Origin: TPA_inf: Saccharomyces
Taxonomy: Eukaryota
Direction: 5' to 3'
NCBI GenBank assembly: GCA_000146045.2
Contig: BK006936.2
Span: forward strand, 608,001 to 672,000
Length of the DNA: 64,000 nt
The notes beneath the pieces are model-generated. The model was not told where the DNA came from and did no database searches. It was given only the letters and a program-made list of their open reading frames with translations. The stretch's first letter is position 1. The number at the start of each line of letters is the position of its first letter. Below, piece after piece: positions 45,356 through 56,677 of the stretch. The translations under genes were made by a program, and so were the position numbers.

Positions 45356-47317
45356 ATGGACCAAAAAGGTATGTTCTGGCTTTATTTTCAATTATCCGCC
45401 CTTCGTTAGGGGTGTTTTAGATCATTTTGATTAACAATTCTATTTATGATAGCAATTGTCCTTGATAACTCTAAAAGTGGTAGTAAACAGACAAAATCGA
45501 GTGGCAAAATGCAAACGCAAACAGATACTAATGCTGAAGTTCTAAACACCGATAACAGTATCAAAAAAGAAACAGGAAGTGATTCTGAGGATCTTTTCAA
45601 TAAATTTTCAAACAAAAAAACGAACAGGAAAATACCCAACATCGCTGAAGAATTAGCGAAAAACAGAAACTACGTAAAAGGTGCGTCTCCGTCTCCCATT
45701 ATAATTTCTGGTTCCTCTTCAACTTCTCCATCAGGACCCTCTTCCTCCAGTACAAACCCGATGGGGATACCAACGAATCGATTTAATAAAAATACTGTAG
45801 AACTATATCAGCATTCACCATCCCCCGTGATGACTACTAACAAGACTGATACAGAGGAAAAGAGACAAAACAATAGAAATATGGATAATAAAAACACCCC
45901 AGAAAGAGGATCTTCTTCCTTTGCTGCTAAGCAACTAAAAATATCATCCTTGTTAACTATATCCTCCAATGAAGATAGTAAAACTTTGCATATAAACGAT
46001 ACTAATGGCAACAAAAATAGTAATGCCGCCAGTAATAATATTCCATCGGCTTATGCAGAACTCCATACAGAGGGAAATAGCATTGAATCACTAATAAAAC
46101 CCCCAAGCTCTCCCAGAAATAAATCTCTAACGCCCAAAGTTATCTTGCCAACACAGAATATGGATGGTACAATTGCAAAGGATCCTCATTTAGGTGATAA
46201 TACACCAGGAATACTCATAGCAAAAACTAGTTCTCCCGTAAATTTGGATGTTGAAAGCACTGCACAATCTCTGGGAAAATTTAACAAGTCCACTAATTCT
46301 TTGAAAGCTGCCCTAACAAAAGCTCCTGCAGAAAAGGTCTCTTTAAAACGTAGCATTAGTTCAGTTACAAACAGTGATTCTAATATTAGCTCCAGCAAAA
46401 AGCCTACGTCTGAAAAAGCTAAAAAATCAAGTTCAGCATCAGCAATACTACCAAAGCCAACAACGACCAAGACATCAAAAAAAGCTGCTAGCAATAGTAG
46501 CGATTCTACCAGAAAAAAAAACGCCTCGAACAAGACTACATCAGCCATAAAGAAAGAGTCAAATGCCGGCTCCAAATTGAACACTGTTAAGAAGGAAAAT
46601 AGCTCTTTATCTTCTATCAAAGCCACTGAGAAAGAAAAAGATAAAGGTGGAAATAGCACGGAAGCAAAAAACTCTACCAGCAACGTTAGAAAGGAACCAA
46701 CTGCAAAATCCCCAAAAAGGTTAGTAGCCGCACCGACAGTCAGTCCACCAAAAATTCTACAAACGGCAGAAACCAAAGCAAAGGAACCCTCGATATTGAT
46801 TGACGTTCCATTGTATCAAGCTGATACAAACGACTACCTAGACGAAAACGGTCAGGTTATTTTTAATTTATCAACTTTAATAAAAGAGAAGTATCACCCG
46901 AAAAGTAAAGAACTAGCACAACTTAAAGACTCTAAAAGAAATTTATTAATGCAATTATCCGATCATTCTAACGGCTCACTAGAAAAGGAAAAAGATGAAG
47001 AAGGAGATGTAATAGAACTTGATGATGATGAGGATATGGAAGAAGATGAAGGGGAAATAGATACAGAAACTAATACTGTAACTACCACCATCTCTCCGAA
47101 GAAGAAGTCGCATCCTATGAAAGGTAAAAATTTGATTGGTAAATATGACGTTGAAGATCCGTTCATTGATGATTCGGAGTTATTGTGGGAGGAACAGCGT
47201 GCTGCCACCAAGGACGGTTTTTTTGTTTACTTTGGTCCATTAATCGAAAAAGGTCACTATGCAAGTTTGGAGCGTGCAAATGGTACCATGAAAAGAGGTG
47301 GTGTTAAAAATAAATAA
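45356..47317 (+). CDS. HPC2: HIR histone-regulation complex subunit Hpc2 (625 aa after splicing): join(45356..45368,45453..47317); Ser/Lys-rich, C-terminal HRD/HUN domain
   Basis: The 13-nt exon 1 (ATGGACCAAAAAG) is followed by a GTATGT 5' splice site. Exon 2 starts at 45453, giving MDQK|AIVLDNSKSG.... The C-terminal conserved block is KYDVEDPFIDDSELLWEEQRAATKDGFFVYFGPL. I recall YBR215W as an intron-containing 625-aa gene. Confidence 0.75.
45369..45452 (+). other. Spliceosomal intron of HPC2 (84 nt): 5'SS GTATGT, candidate branch point GATTAAC (branch A at 45434), 3'SS TAG at 45450-45452
   Basis: Read directly. Splicing restores the reading frame from the upstream ATG at 45356 into the long ORF. 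Confidence 0.65.
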
Positions 47318-47575
47318 GCATTGTGTCAGAGATTTTCCAAAATCCCTGAACGACATAAAAAATGAAATAAAGTGTGCCTATATCTGAAAGTATATAGTCA
47401 GTTTATATGAAGATTTTTCCGAGCGAATGCTTTTCTATCCATGTATCTATGTCCGATAATATGGTGAAAGAAAAAATAGATAATTTCACCTTAGAGAATC
47501 TATAAACTTGGCTATAAAACCAGAAACGAGTATGGCATGTTCAATATCTTGGTGGAAATGAAATAGATAAGAACT

Positions 47576-49600
47576 TCATTTTATACCAGTAAAATAGTCA
47601 TTTAGAGATTCGTTTTTATCCACAATTTCCTTATACTTCGGAAGTTTATCAGGTTCGACTGACTTCAAATTAGAATCAATCTTCGAACAAACAATCTTCA
47701 GTAGATCTTCATCCCATGTTTTTTTTAGCACAATGAAAATATTCAAGTAAGTTAGCAGTAATAATATATCACTCTTCTTGGCATCTGCCGTAAATGAATC
47801 TTGGATAGTCTGCAGACAACAGTCATGAACAGCTTTCATTTTGGAAGAATCTAGTTGGATATAATGTCTGATGTTACTTTGCTGAGCTTTGTTACTATCA
47901 TTGACCTTCAGTTTGGATAATTTTTCGACAATCAAATCCGTCTCAGAATCGTTATCCTTGGTGGAGATGCGTCGCCTTGAAAGGTCTTTAAAAACACATA
48001 ATACGGACGTCTTAGCCAATGGAAGGGGAGATGTCTTAAGCACATCTAAGATAAACTCAAATGCAACTTTTTCAGGTATTAAACATAGTAATCTGGTGAG
48101 AAGAGTGAAAGTTATCATTCTTAACTGCTGATTGACCTGAATACAGTTCTTTTGAAGTAGAACATGCAATAATGTTTTTGTAACAAACACTGAAAGATTC
48201 TTCAATTCTTTTTTTACATCCTCCAAGGGCTCGGTTGTAATAGCATACCATAGCCAGTAGCGACTAACTGATTCAACTGCTACATTATAGTAAACTTTAG
48301 AATATAATGATGGAGTTGTAAATCTCAAGTAGAGATAAATGGCATCCGTTATATTCATTTCCTTTACTAAATGTTGATTGGTTTCCAAATAGTGGATACC
48401 AGAAAATAATATTACACCATTATAGTCCAAACCAACATTTTTTTCTTTAGCGGCCTTTTGTACTTCGAATGTATAAGCCAATTTATATACCATTCTTTCC
48501 AAAACCAACTTTGCTTCATCATTAACAGCGGAAATCTCCTGGGGTACAGACTTATAAATAATCCTACATTCTTTTATCACATTCTGAAATTCTCCCTCTA
48601 TATCAACATCAAGCGAGAACGCCATTTGGTAATACCTGCAAAATAGCTCAAGATATTCGGTGTAATATGCAGATAATTCAAACTTCTGTTGATTTAGTGC
48701 ACAATAGTATTTCACGTCGGCATTGGTGGTGACAGTTTTTATGGGTGTCGAAATACCAAAAGTACAAAGCCTACGCAATAGTCTAACCTGTAATTCACTT
48801 TCTTCCTCCACAACTTTATCAAACATCTCTCGAGTAAAATCTTCGTTCAATTGTATATCTTTTGGTGGATCAGGGGGAATATAGTTCCTGCAGAATGTGT
48901 ACACCCTACGAAGAAGGAAAAGGGCATCTTCAAAAGTGTCCGCATGACTATACACAAATTTCTCAATTGTTGACACAGCAGCTCCCAGATATTTCGAAGG
49001 AAACAGAGTAGAAATCCTTTTCAGACTCGCCCCTATGAATTCAAATAAAATGTAGGATTTCAACTTCAAGAAAAATTCATTTGAACTCTTGCTTTCACCG
49101 TAGGATGGAAAATCTTTTCGATTAGAGGAATTTTCGATTACTCCTTCAGGAGGTAACGTATTGGCCTTTTTATCAACAAAGTCTTCCTTATTCTGTTGAT
49201 CACTCTTGGAAAAATCTTTTGAACAAAGGGATGAAAGCAACTCCAACCCAGTAATTAAACATTTTTTGGGCTCGCCTTGGATTGAGATGGCATAGAAACA
49301 CTTCATTACACCTTGGACAATCATATTCGTACCTAGTCTTCCATTTACATCGACATTATCCTTTGACAAGAACTTCAATAATCCCTTAGGCAGATCCCAA
49401 CCGATTTCACCAGTAGTACTCGGATTATCCTCTAACAATGTATTCAAAGTTTCAATGAATCTCGTCTTTTCTTCATAGCTCCCCTCTTGGTTAACTTGCT
49501 CGCCATATATATCAATCAATGTTACCAACTCAAGAAGATCCTCCTTCTGAGTTTTGAACGCATCAGTAACCTCAAAAAGTATGTCATCAATTGGTTCCAT
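47576..49600 (-). CDS. YBP1: Yap1-binding protein required for H2O2-induced Yap1 oxidation (674 aa)
   Basis: The ORF is 674 aa and starts MEPIDDILFEVTDAFKT. Position and length fit YBR216C. Confidence 0.82.
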   Translation of the reverse strand: MEPIDDILFEVTDAFKTQKEDLLELVTLIDIYGEQVNQEGSYEEKTRFIETLNTLLEDNPSTTGEIGWDLPKGLLKFLSKDNVDVNGRLGTNMIVQGVMKCFYAISIQGEPKKCLITGLELLSSLCSKDFSKSDQQNKEDFVDKKANTLPPEGVIENSSNRKDFPSYGESKSSNEFFLKLKSYILFEFIGASLKRISTLFPSKYLGAAVSTIEKFVYSHADTFEDALFLLRRVYTFCRNYIPPDPPKDIQLNEDFTREMFDKVVEEESELQVRLLRRLCTFGISTPIKTVTTNADVKYYCALNQQKFELSAYYTEYLELFCRYYQMAFSLDVDIEGEFQNVIKECRIIYKSVPQEISAVNDEAKLVLERMVYKLAYTFEVQKAAKEKNVGLDYNGVILFSGIHYLETNQHLVKEMNITDAIYLYLRFTTPSLYSKVYYNVAVESVSRYWLWYAITTEPLEDVKKELKNLSVFVTKTLLHVLLQKNCIQVNQQLRMITFTLLTRLLCLIPEKVAFEFILDVLKTSPLPLAKTSVLCVFKDLSRRRISTKDNDSETDLIVEKLSKLKVNDSNKAQQSNIRHYIQLDSSKMKAVHDCCLQTIQDSFTADAKKSDILLLLTYLNIFIVLKKTWDEDLLKIVCSKIDSNLKSVEPDKLPKYKEIVDKNESLNDYFTGIK

Positions 49601-49831
49601 TAGTGTCTGAGTATCGTATTGAATGTCTAGGGTGATTTTCTTTTTCAGTGTTTATTTGTTAATAATGTTCACCGGCAATTAGTCTTTATTTTTTTCCTTT
49701 ACATTGTCAAATTTAAAGAATCGTACTTATGAAGGATGCCCGCTTAGTGTTTGACAGAAAGCTACTTGAGCTGAAGAAATAAACGTACATCCCTAACTGT
49801 ATATTCTACAGTAGAGTGAACCAATGACAGT

Positions 49832-50392
49832 ATGAGTAGGATCCTAGAGAGCGAAAATGAAACAGAAAGTGACGAAAGCTCCATCATATCCACAAATAAT
49901 GGAACGGCAATGGAAAGATCCAGAAATAATCAAGAATTAAGATCATCTCCTCATACCGTTCAAAATAGATTGGAACTTTTTAGCAGGAGATTGTCTCAGC
50001 TTGGTTTGGCGAGTGACATTTCTGTCGACCAGCAAGTTGAAGATTCCTCTAGTGGCACTTATGAACAGGAAGAGACAATCAAAACGAATGCACAAACAAG
50101 CAAACAAAAAAGCCATAAAGACGAAAAAAACATACAAAAGATACAGATAAAATTTCAGCCCATTGGTTCTATTGGGCAGTTAAAACCATCTGTTTGTAAA
50201 ATATCAATGTCACAGTCTTTTGCAATGGTTATTTTATTTCTTAAGAGACGGCTGAAAATGGACCATGTTTATTGTTATATAAATAATTCGTTTGCGCCAA
50301 GTCCGCAGCAAAATATTGGTGAACTTTGGATGCAATTCAAGACTAATGATGAGCTTATTGTAAGTTATTGTGCATCCGTAGCGTTTGGTTAA
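49832..50392 (+). CDS. ATG12: Ubiquitin-like autophagy modifier Atg12 (186 aa) ending in Gly
   Basis: The ORF is 186 aa. It has a C-terminal ubiquitin-like fold ending ...CASVAFG*. The terminal Gly is the conjugation site. Confidence 0.9.
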
Positions 50393-50706
50393 ATACCCGG
50401 GCGCTGGAATGGTCTAAGAAGAAAACCTACAGTCGATCAAAAATCCCGTACGATATTAAATAGAGTAGTTAACGTACTTGAGCGTTATAAACTCACATTT
50501 TCACTCAAGAAGAAAATGGAGAATGGAGACATGGTAAGTGAAAGCATTAAGGAAGAAACACAGTTAGCACGTATTTCATCGAAAGTGTTTGATTACTTTC
50601 TATTTGGCATTTAAATATACATGGGAACATAACTAGATAAAATATACGCCATATATAGTACAGCTAGTATTTTCAGATGTCATAAAATATAATTAACGAG
50701 TAAAAA

Positions 50707-53700
50707 TTACTTTTTTTGGGATGGGGGTAGGGTTTCTTCTTCTAGGACAACCAACAAATCTGATGCGTCAACACTTTCACCATCCTTAATGAAAACGTCT
50801 TTAACTTGACCATCTGCTGGTGAAGAGACAACCATTTCCATTTTCATGGCACTCAAAACAGCAATCGATTCGCCCTTTTTCACCAAAGACCCTTTATGTA
50901 CTTTAACTTCTATGATAACACCAGCCATTGGTGCACCGATTTGGTGAGTATCGTGGACATCAGCCTTTGGTTTAGCAACAGATTGTATGTTTTGTGACTT
51001 GTCTGCAACTCTGATCTTTCTTAATTCACCGTTCAATTCAAAATACACTTCTCTTTGCCCAGTTTTCTTATTTAAGTCACCAACAGCTTGCAATTTGATA
51101 ATCAAAGTCTTACCTTGTTCGATGGTGACTTCGATTTCTTCATCAGGTTCTGCTGGTGCTAGGAAATTTTTGGTTGGTAGAACTGATAAATCACCGTATG
51201 TTTCTCTGATCTTTTGGAAATCTTCATAGACCCTTGGATACATATTGTAAGAAGCAACATCGCATTCATCAATATCACCGAATCTGTTCTGCAAGTCTTC
51301 TCTAATTTTTTCGAGATCAAATGGTTCTAATTCTAAACCTGGACGGCACGTCAACTTTCTTCTCTTGTTTCTCAATACATCAGATCTTAATGGTTCTGGG
51401 AACCCACCGTATGGTTGACCAATTAAACCTTCAAAAAAGTCCATAACAGAGTCAGGAAAGTCCAAAGAATTAGCTAAACGTCTAATATCGTCGGAAGTCA
51501 GTTTGTTAGAAACCATGAATTGAGCTAAATCACCGACAACCTTAGAAGTTGGGGTAACTTTAACAATATCTCCCAGTAGGTAATTGGCTTCTCTGTAAGC
51601 TCTTTTAGTTTCAGCCCATTGTTCACCAAGACCCAGTTGTTGAGCTTGGAATAACAAGTTAGTCAATTGACCACCTGGGATTTCATGTTGGTAAACTTCT
51701 GGATCTGGTCCCTTCAAGTCGGCCTCGAAACAAGAATACAACAGTCTCATTTCGGCCCAGTATGCATCTAATTCACGAACATGCTCAACGTTAATCCCAG
51801 TATCAATGTTACCTTCTAATGAAGCCAACAGTGCATTAATTGATGGTTGGGAAGTTAAGCCCGACATTGAATTGATAGCTACATCGACAACATCAGCACC
51901 TGCTAGGGCACATGCAGTCATAGACGCAACAGCAGTACCTGCGGAGTCATGACTGTGAACATGAATTGGTAAATCCGGATATCTGGTTCTTAGGGAGCCA
52001 ATTAATAATTTGGCAGCGGCCGGTTTCATAGTACCTGCCATATCCTTAATACCCAAGATATGTGTACCCATTTGAACTATTTTTTCAACAACTTCTAGGT
52101 AGTAGTCTAAGTTGTATTTCTTACCTGGCTGAAGCATGTCACCAGAGTAACAAACAGTAGCTTCGACAACACCACCGGCCTTCTTGACAGCATTCACACC
52201 AACTTTTAATTGTTCTAAATCATTCAAGGCATCAAAAACTCTAAATATATCAACACCATTATCCTTGGCTTGCTTGACAAAATGGTCAATAGCATTGTCA
52301 GGTAATGAAGAGTAAGCCACACCGTTGGCACCACGTAATAACATTTGGAATGGAATATTAGGCACCAGAGATCTTAATTTTCTCAGACGTTCCCATGGAT
52401 CCTCATGCAAGAATCTCATTGCAACGTCGAATGTAGCACCACCCCAACATTCTAAAGCGAAAGCACCTGCAAGGGCATGTGCGGTTGTTGGAGCGATTGT
52501 AGCCAAATCGTGGGTTCTGACTCTTGTTGCAAGTAGAGATTGATGAGCGTCTCTCCAGGTGGTGTCCATCAGTAGAGTACCATTGAACTGTCTGACTTGC
52601 TTGGCAAATTCAGATGGTCCCTTTTCCAGTAGCACTTGTCTCCATCCGGATGGTGGTGCAGACTTTGTAACGTTGATGACATTGCCCTGAGCATCGTGCA
52701 AATGGGGGACACTTGGATTTGATTTTAGTTTTGGCAAGCCAATTTGACCCTTAATAGAAGAACCGTTAACTGCCAAGTCTGCCAAATAGTGTAACAGTTT
52801 TTGCGCTCTGTTTTGTGACGATACCATTTGGAACAGTTGTGGGGTGTCGTCAATAAAAGTCGTCCAGTATGTACCCTCAATAAAAACTGGATTGGTCAAA
52901 AGAGTCAATAGGAAGGGAATGTTGGTCTTAACACCTCTGATTCTGAATTCGATCAGGGCACGAATCATCTTCCTACGGACGATTTCATAAGTAGAACCAG
53001 AGCATGAACATTTGACCAGCATTGAGTCGTAGTGAGGCGAGATAGTAGCACCTGCATAAGCGTTACCACCGTCCAATCTCACACCATTACCACCGGCAGA
53101 ACGATAGACCTCCAGGCGACCGGTATCCGGTTGGAAATTCTTAGAGGGATCTTCAGTGGTAATACGACATTGGATGGAAAACCCACGGGTGGTGATTTTA
53201 TCCTGTAATAGACCTAGTTGAGTCAAAGTGGCACCTGCGGCAATCTGGATTTGGGCAGAAACAATGTCAATACCGGTGATTTCTTCAGTGATGGTATGCT
53301 CCACTTGAATTCTTGGATTAATTTCAATGAAATAGTGTCTGTTTTGGTTGTCAACCAAGAATTCGGCGGTACCTGCGTTTCTGTAACCACATACCTTAGC
53401 TAATTTAACAGCATCTGTCAAAATAGCGTCACGAACTTCACGGGGCAAAGTCTTTGCTGGAGCGACTTCGACAACTTTTTGGTGTCTTCTTTGCACAGAA
53501 CAGTCTCTTTCGAAAAGATGAACCACGTTTCCGTGGTTATCAGCCAACAATTGAACTTCAATATGCTTTGGCTTGTCCAAGAATCTTTCCACAAAGCAGG
53601 TACCATTACCGAAGGCAGTACGGGCTTCGGAGGTAGCACGTTGAAAGGCATCTGCCACGTCGTCACCTTCTCTAACGACTCTCATACCTCTACCACCACC

Positions 53701-54249
53701 ACCAAAGGCGGCCTTAATGATCACCGGGTAGCCGTATTCATTAACGAAGTCAAGTGCCTCTTGCACAGTTTCGATAGGTCCTGGAGTACCGGGAACGGTA
53801 GGAACGTTAGCTCTTGCTGCCAAGTGTCTGGCAGAGACTTTGTCACCCACAGAGTCAATAACTTCAGCTGGAGGGCCGATCCAAGTGATACCGGCCTTCA
53901 CTACTTTGTCGGCAAATTCCGAATTTTCAGACAAGAACCCATAACCTGGATGGATGAAATCCACCTTATGCTTCTTTGCAATTTCGATGATCTCGTCCAT
54001 TGCCAAGTAAGCACCCACAGGTGTATACTGGCCCTCCTCCCCGATAACATACGCTTCGTCCGCCTTCAACCTGTGCATTGAAAGACGGTCCTCATGGGAG
54101 TATATGGCGATGGTTCTCATAGACAGCTCATGAGCAGATCTAAAAATTCTAATCGGAATTTCACCTCTATTGGCGACCAAGATCTTATTCTTTTCGCCGA
54201 GCAAACTGAAATTGTCCCTAAGACCGGCCAATTTCTTGCTACTGCTCAT
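50707..54249 (-). CDS. PYC2: Pyruvate carboxylase isoform 2 (1180 aa): biotin carboxylase + carboxyltransferase (TIM barrel) + biotinyl domain (AMKME)
   Basis: The ORF is 1180 aa and starts MSSSKKLAGLRDNFSLLGEKNKILVANRGEIPIRIFRSAHEL. It has the biotin attachment motif SAMKMEMVV. The chrII context distinguishes it from PYC1. Confidence 0.93.
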   Translation of the reverse strand: MSSSKKLAGLRDNFSLLGEKNKILVANRGEIPIRIFRSAHELSMRTIAIYSHEDRLSMHRLKADEAYVIGEEGQYTPVGAYLAMDEIIEIAKKHKVDFIHPGYGFLSENSEFADKVVKAGITWIGPPAEVIDSVGDKVSARHLAARANVPTVPGTPGPIETVQEALDFVNEYGYPVIIKAAFGGGGRGMRVVREGDDVADAFQRATSEARTAFGNGTCFVERFLDKPKHIEVQLLADNHGNVVHLFERDCSVQRRHQKVVEVAPAKTLPREVRDAILTDAVKLAKVCGYRNAGTAEFLVDNQNRHYFIEINPRIQVEHTITEEITGIDIVSAQIQIAAGATLTQLGLLQDKITTRGFSIQCRITTEDPSKNFQPDTGRLEVYRSAGGNGVRLDGGNAYAGATISPHYDSMLVKCSCSGSTYEIVRRKMIRALIEFRIRGVKTNIPFLLTLLTNPVFIEGTYWTTFIDDTPQLFQMVSSQNRAQKLLHYLADLAVNGSSIKGQIGLPKLKSNPSVPHLHDAQGNVINVTKSAPPSGWRQVLLEKGPSEFAKQVRQFNGTLLMDTTWRDAHQSLLATRVRTHDLATIAPTTAHALAGAFALECWGGATFDVAMRFLHEDPWERLRKLRSLVPNIPFQMLLRGANGVAYSSLPDNAIDHFVKQAKDNGVDIFRVFDALNDLEQLKVGVNAVKKAGGVVEATVCYSGDMLQPGKKYNLDYYLEVVEKIVQMGTHILGIKDMAGTMKPAAAKLLIGSLRTRYPDLPIHVHSHDSAGTAVASMTACALAGADVVDVAINSMSGLTSQPSINALLASLEGNIDTGINVEHVRELDAYWAEMRLLYSCFEADLKGPDPEVYQHEIPGGQLTNLLFQAQQLGLGEQWAETKRAYREANYLLGDIVKVTPTSKVVGDLAQFMVSNKLTSDDIRRLANSLDFPDSVMDFFEGLIGQPYGGFPEPLRSDVLRNKRRKLTCRPGLELEPFDLEKIREDLQNRFGDIDECDVASYNMYPRVYEDFQKIRETYGDLSVLPTKNFLAPAEPDEEIEVTIEQGKTLIIKLQAVGDLNKKTGQREVYFELNGELRKIRVADKSQNIQSVAKPKADVHDTHQIGAPMAGVIIEVKVHKGSLVKKGESIAVLSAMKMEMVVSSPADGQVKDVFIKDGESVDASDLLVVLEEETLPPSQKK

Positions 54250-54994
54250 ATTTTATTTTGTTCTCTATGTCCCTTATTTTCTCTCCTAGTAACTGTCCTT
54301 TATTTTGCAATATAGTAATTGGCAAAAAAATCAAACTCAAATGACGGGCCACAGATAGTAAGCTACAAGAGTTTGGAAGAAAAGAGGGGCTTGTTTATGT
54401 ATGTAATCAAGTAAGGATACCGAAAGTAAGAGAAAAGAAAAAAGGACTAAAAATCACAGAAACACAATAGGAAATATCCGATGGGGAGTACTTCTTACTT
54501 AACACTCCCTGCGCCAATTCTGACTCTTATAATAAATAGCTCGAGACGTAACTGCCAAAATTGTAAAAAAAAAATGAAAAACTATTAGAAAATTAATTGC
54601 GAAAAAAAAAAGGTTAGTCATATGTGCCTTTGCGGCGTCTTCCGCAGGAAGGACCCCTCTCTGCCAATCACAGAAGAGCTGGCTGTGCCTGTGCGGTACG
54701 CTATCAGCAGCTGCGTCGGGTAAGGGACACGTCGTTAGTGACAATCGTGGTTAGTTTTCGTACAGAAAGATGACCTTAATTGATAATTAAAGTATAGAAA
54801 TGTCGTATAGTATATTTTTCCCTTGCATGGAAAAAACTGGGATAATGTGATGATTCTCATTAACAGATTTACACTGGTATTGATACTCATTTTGTTTCTG
54901 CTTCCTGTAGTACATAAAAAGATCTTGTAAATATTACGATACTCGTTAAAATTTTCTTGAACGTAATGTCGTACAATTCTTGTTTGAGGGGTCG

Positions 54995-56677
54995 TTACGT
55001 ACATCTCCAGGAACTGATTGGCAGACTTTGTAAATGGAGGATTTTCCTTTTCAAATATCCAAAATATAGGAAAAGTCCGACTACAATACATATGAGATTG
55101 GTGATGTAATAGCCGTCACGCAGGATGGTCACGGTGCCATTCAAAAGCTCGGTGCACGCTTGCATGCTGCCGCCGTGAGTTACGTATACTTTATTTGTGC
55201 CAGGAATAGTGCACTGATACACGGTGAAGTAGTTGATCATGGACATAATGATTAACCGCGGCCATGTCCCACCGAAGTTGCTGAGGGTATTTAACAATGT
55301 CATATATGTGCCACCCAGCACGGGGTCTGCAACTCTTGTATGGAAGGCCGATATTCCAATGAACTGGACAGTATTCATGAAGGAACCTAAGAGGTGCTGG
55401 AATATCACGAGACAAAAATAACCCGTGGATATTTCACCATCCTTGGGGAATTGCTTCACCACGTAACTTCCCAAGACCGCGGCTGCCAGACGGCCCAAAA
55501 AGCCCCACAACCATGGTGTTAAAACGCCGGCATCCCCAACTAAGAACTTGATGACCTTGTTGGTGCCCGTGCTGTTTCTTAATCTTCTATTGTCACGAAT
55601 CATGGGGTCCTTGTCGGAGCTCCATTTAACAACATAGTACCCAAATATGATTTCGAACGGCAGGTCTATGAGTACTGTCACAGCCAAGTCTTCTCTTTTG
55701 AAGCCTTGCTCTAGTAGTTTCAGGTTTGTGGCGGCTTCGTTGCATTGAAAGGCAAATTTCGAAATCATGTGAATGAAGGCTAGGCTTCTTACGGACTTCA
55801 ATTTCAACACTTTTATAAAGCAGCGGTAAATGTACTTTATACTGCTTGTATTCTGAGTTGACACCACATCACCGTCGTCATACTCAATACTTATCGGCTT
55901 TGACCCTCCGTCACTTGTATTTATGGGCTCCACTTTGGGCAAATACTCTACGTAGGGTTTTTCCTTGGTGCAAAAGATGATATATATGGTTATTACAATG
56001 TAAAGCATGCCCGAGAATTTCATGTACCCACCAAGACTAATGAACCCGTGATCCAGTGGGATGTTTCTGAAATACTTATTGGCGAAATCAGAGGAATTCA
56101 ACGACAGGAAAATGGTAAATGACATAAAATAACCAATATTCAAACCTATTGTTTGCGCGGTAGATGCATATGATAGGGATTCTTTGGACAAAATCGTCAA
56201 CGCCCAACCATCAACTGCGATGTCTTGAGTGGCACACAGAAAAACTAACAGGCCAAACCACCACGTCAAATTTTTTATACTGACACTGTGTAAAGTGCCA
56301 TTACCGCGATTATGGAACGCATCGTCGACACCATCGAAGATTATGCCTTGTGATATGCACCACCCTAATGCCCATAGCACAAATCCACTAACAAATTGTA
56401 CTGGAATGATCCATGATCTTCTTCTACCGATGCGCTTGTTGTACAGTGAGTCTACTATTGGTGACCATATGATCTTTAAAGAATATGGATATGTAGCCAT
56501 AGAGAAAATTCCCAGTGATGTAAACGAGGTCTCCTTTGCTAAAGATTTCAGTAGAAACGGTACGGTACCGAAGGCCAATCCTACAGGTATGCCTTGAGCC
56601 AAATATAACATAATTAAAAGATAAAATTGCGGCAAATCATGCTTGGCTAGTGACCCGCTCTTTCGCTTAGGTTCCAT
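54995..56677 (-). CDS. Multi-pass membrane protein of 560 aa, acetyl-CoA transporter (SLC33A1/AT-1)-like MFS family (YBR220C)
   Basis: The ORF is 560 aa with about 11-12 hydrophobic segments and an N-terminal sequence MEPKRKSGSLAKHDLPQFYLLIMLYLAQGIPVGLAFGTVPFLLK. It lies between PYC2 and PDB1. Confidence 0.78.
   Translation of the reverse strand: MEPKRKSGSLAKHDLPQFYLLIMLYLAQGIPVGLAFGTVPFLLKSLAKETSFTSLGIFSMATYPYSLKIIWSPIVDSLYNKRIGRRRSWIIPVQFVSGFVLWALGWCISQGIIFDGVDDAFHNRGNGTLHSVSIKNLTWWFGLLVFLCATQDIAVDGWALTILSKESLSYASTAQTIGLNIGYFMSFTIFLSLNSSDFANKYFRNIPLDHGFISLGGYMKFSGMLYIVITIYIIFCTKEKPYVEYLPKVEPINTSDGGSKPISIEYDDGDVVSTQNTSSIKYIYRCFIKVLKLKSVRSLAFIHMISKFAFQCNEAATNLKLLEQGFKREDLAVTVLIDLPFEIIFGYYVVKWSSDKDPMIRDNRRLRNSTGTNKVIKFLVGDAGVLTPWLWGFLGRLAAAVLGSYVVKQFPKDGEISTGYFCLVIFQHLLGSFMNTVQFIGISAFHTRVADPVLGGTYMTLLNTLSNFGGTWPRLIIMSMINYFTVYQCTIPGTNKVYVTHGGSMQACTELLNGTVTILRDGYYITNLICIVVGLFLYFGYLKRKILHLQSLPISSWRCT

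Noticed and set aside
45446-45448. ORF-track start codon for HPC2 (MIAIV...)
   Set aside because: An upstream ATG at 45356 followed by a GTATGT donor and an in-frame acceptor gives the known MDQK... N-terminus and the 625-aa length. The internal ATG is within exon 2.
53479-54081. 200-aa plus-strand ORF antisense to PYC2 (and similar ones at 30779-31105, 33630-33974 inside DUR1,2; 19172-19696 inside MCM7; 46186-46776 inside HPC2)
   Set aside because: These are shadow ORFs inside long conserved coding sequences, with no independent start context or recognisable domains.
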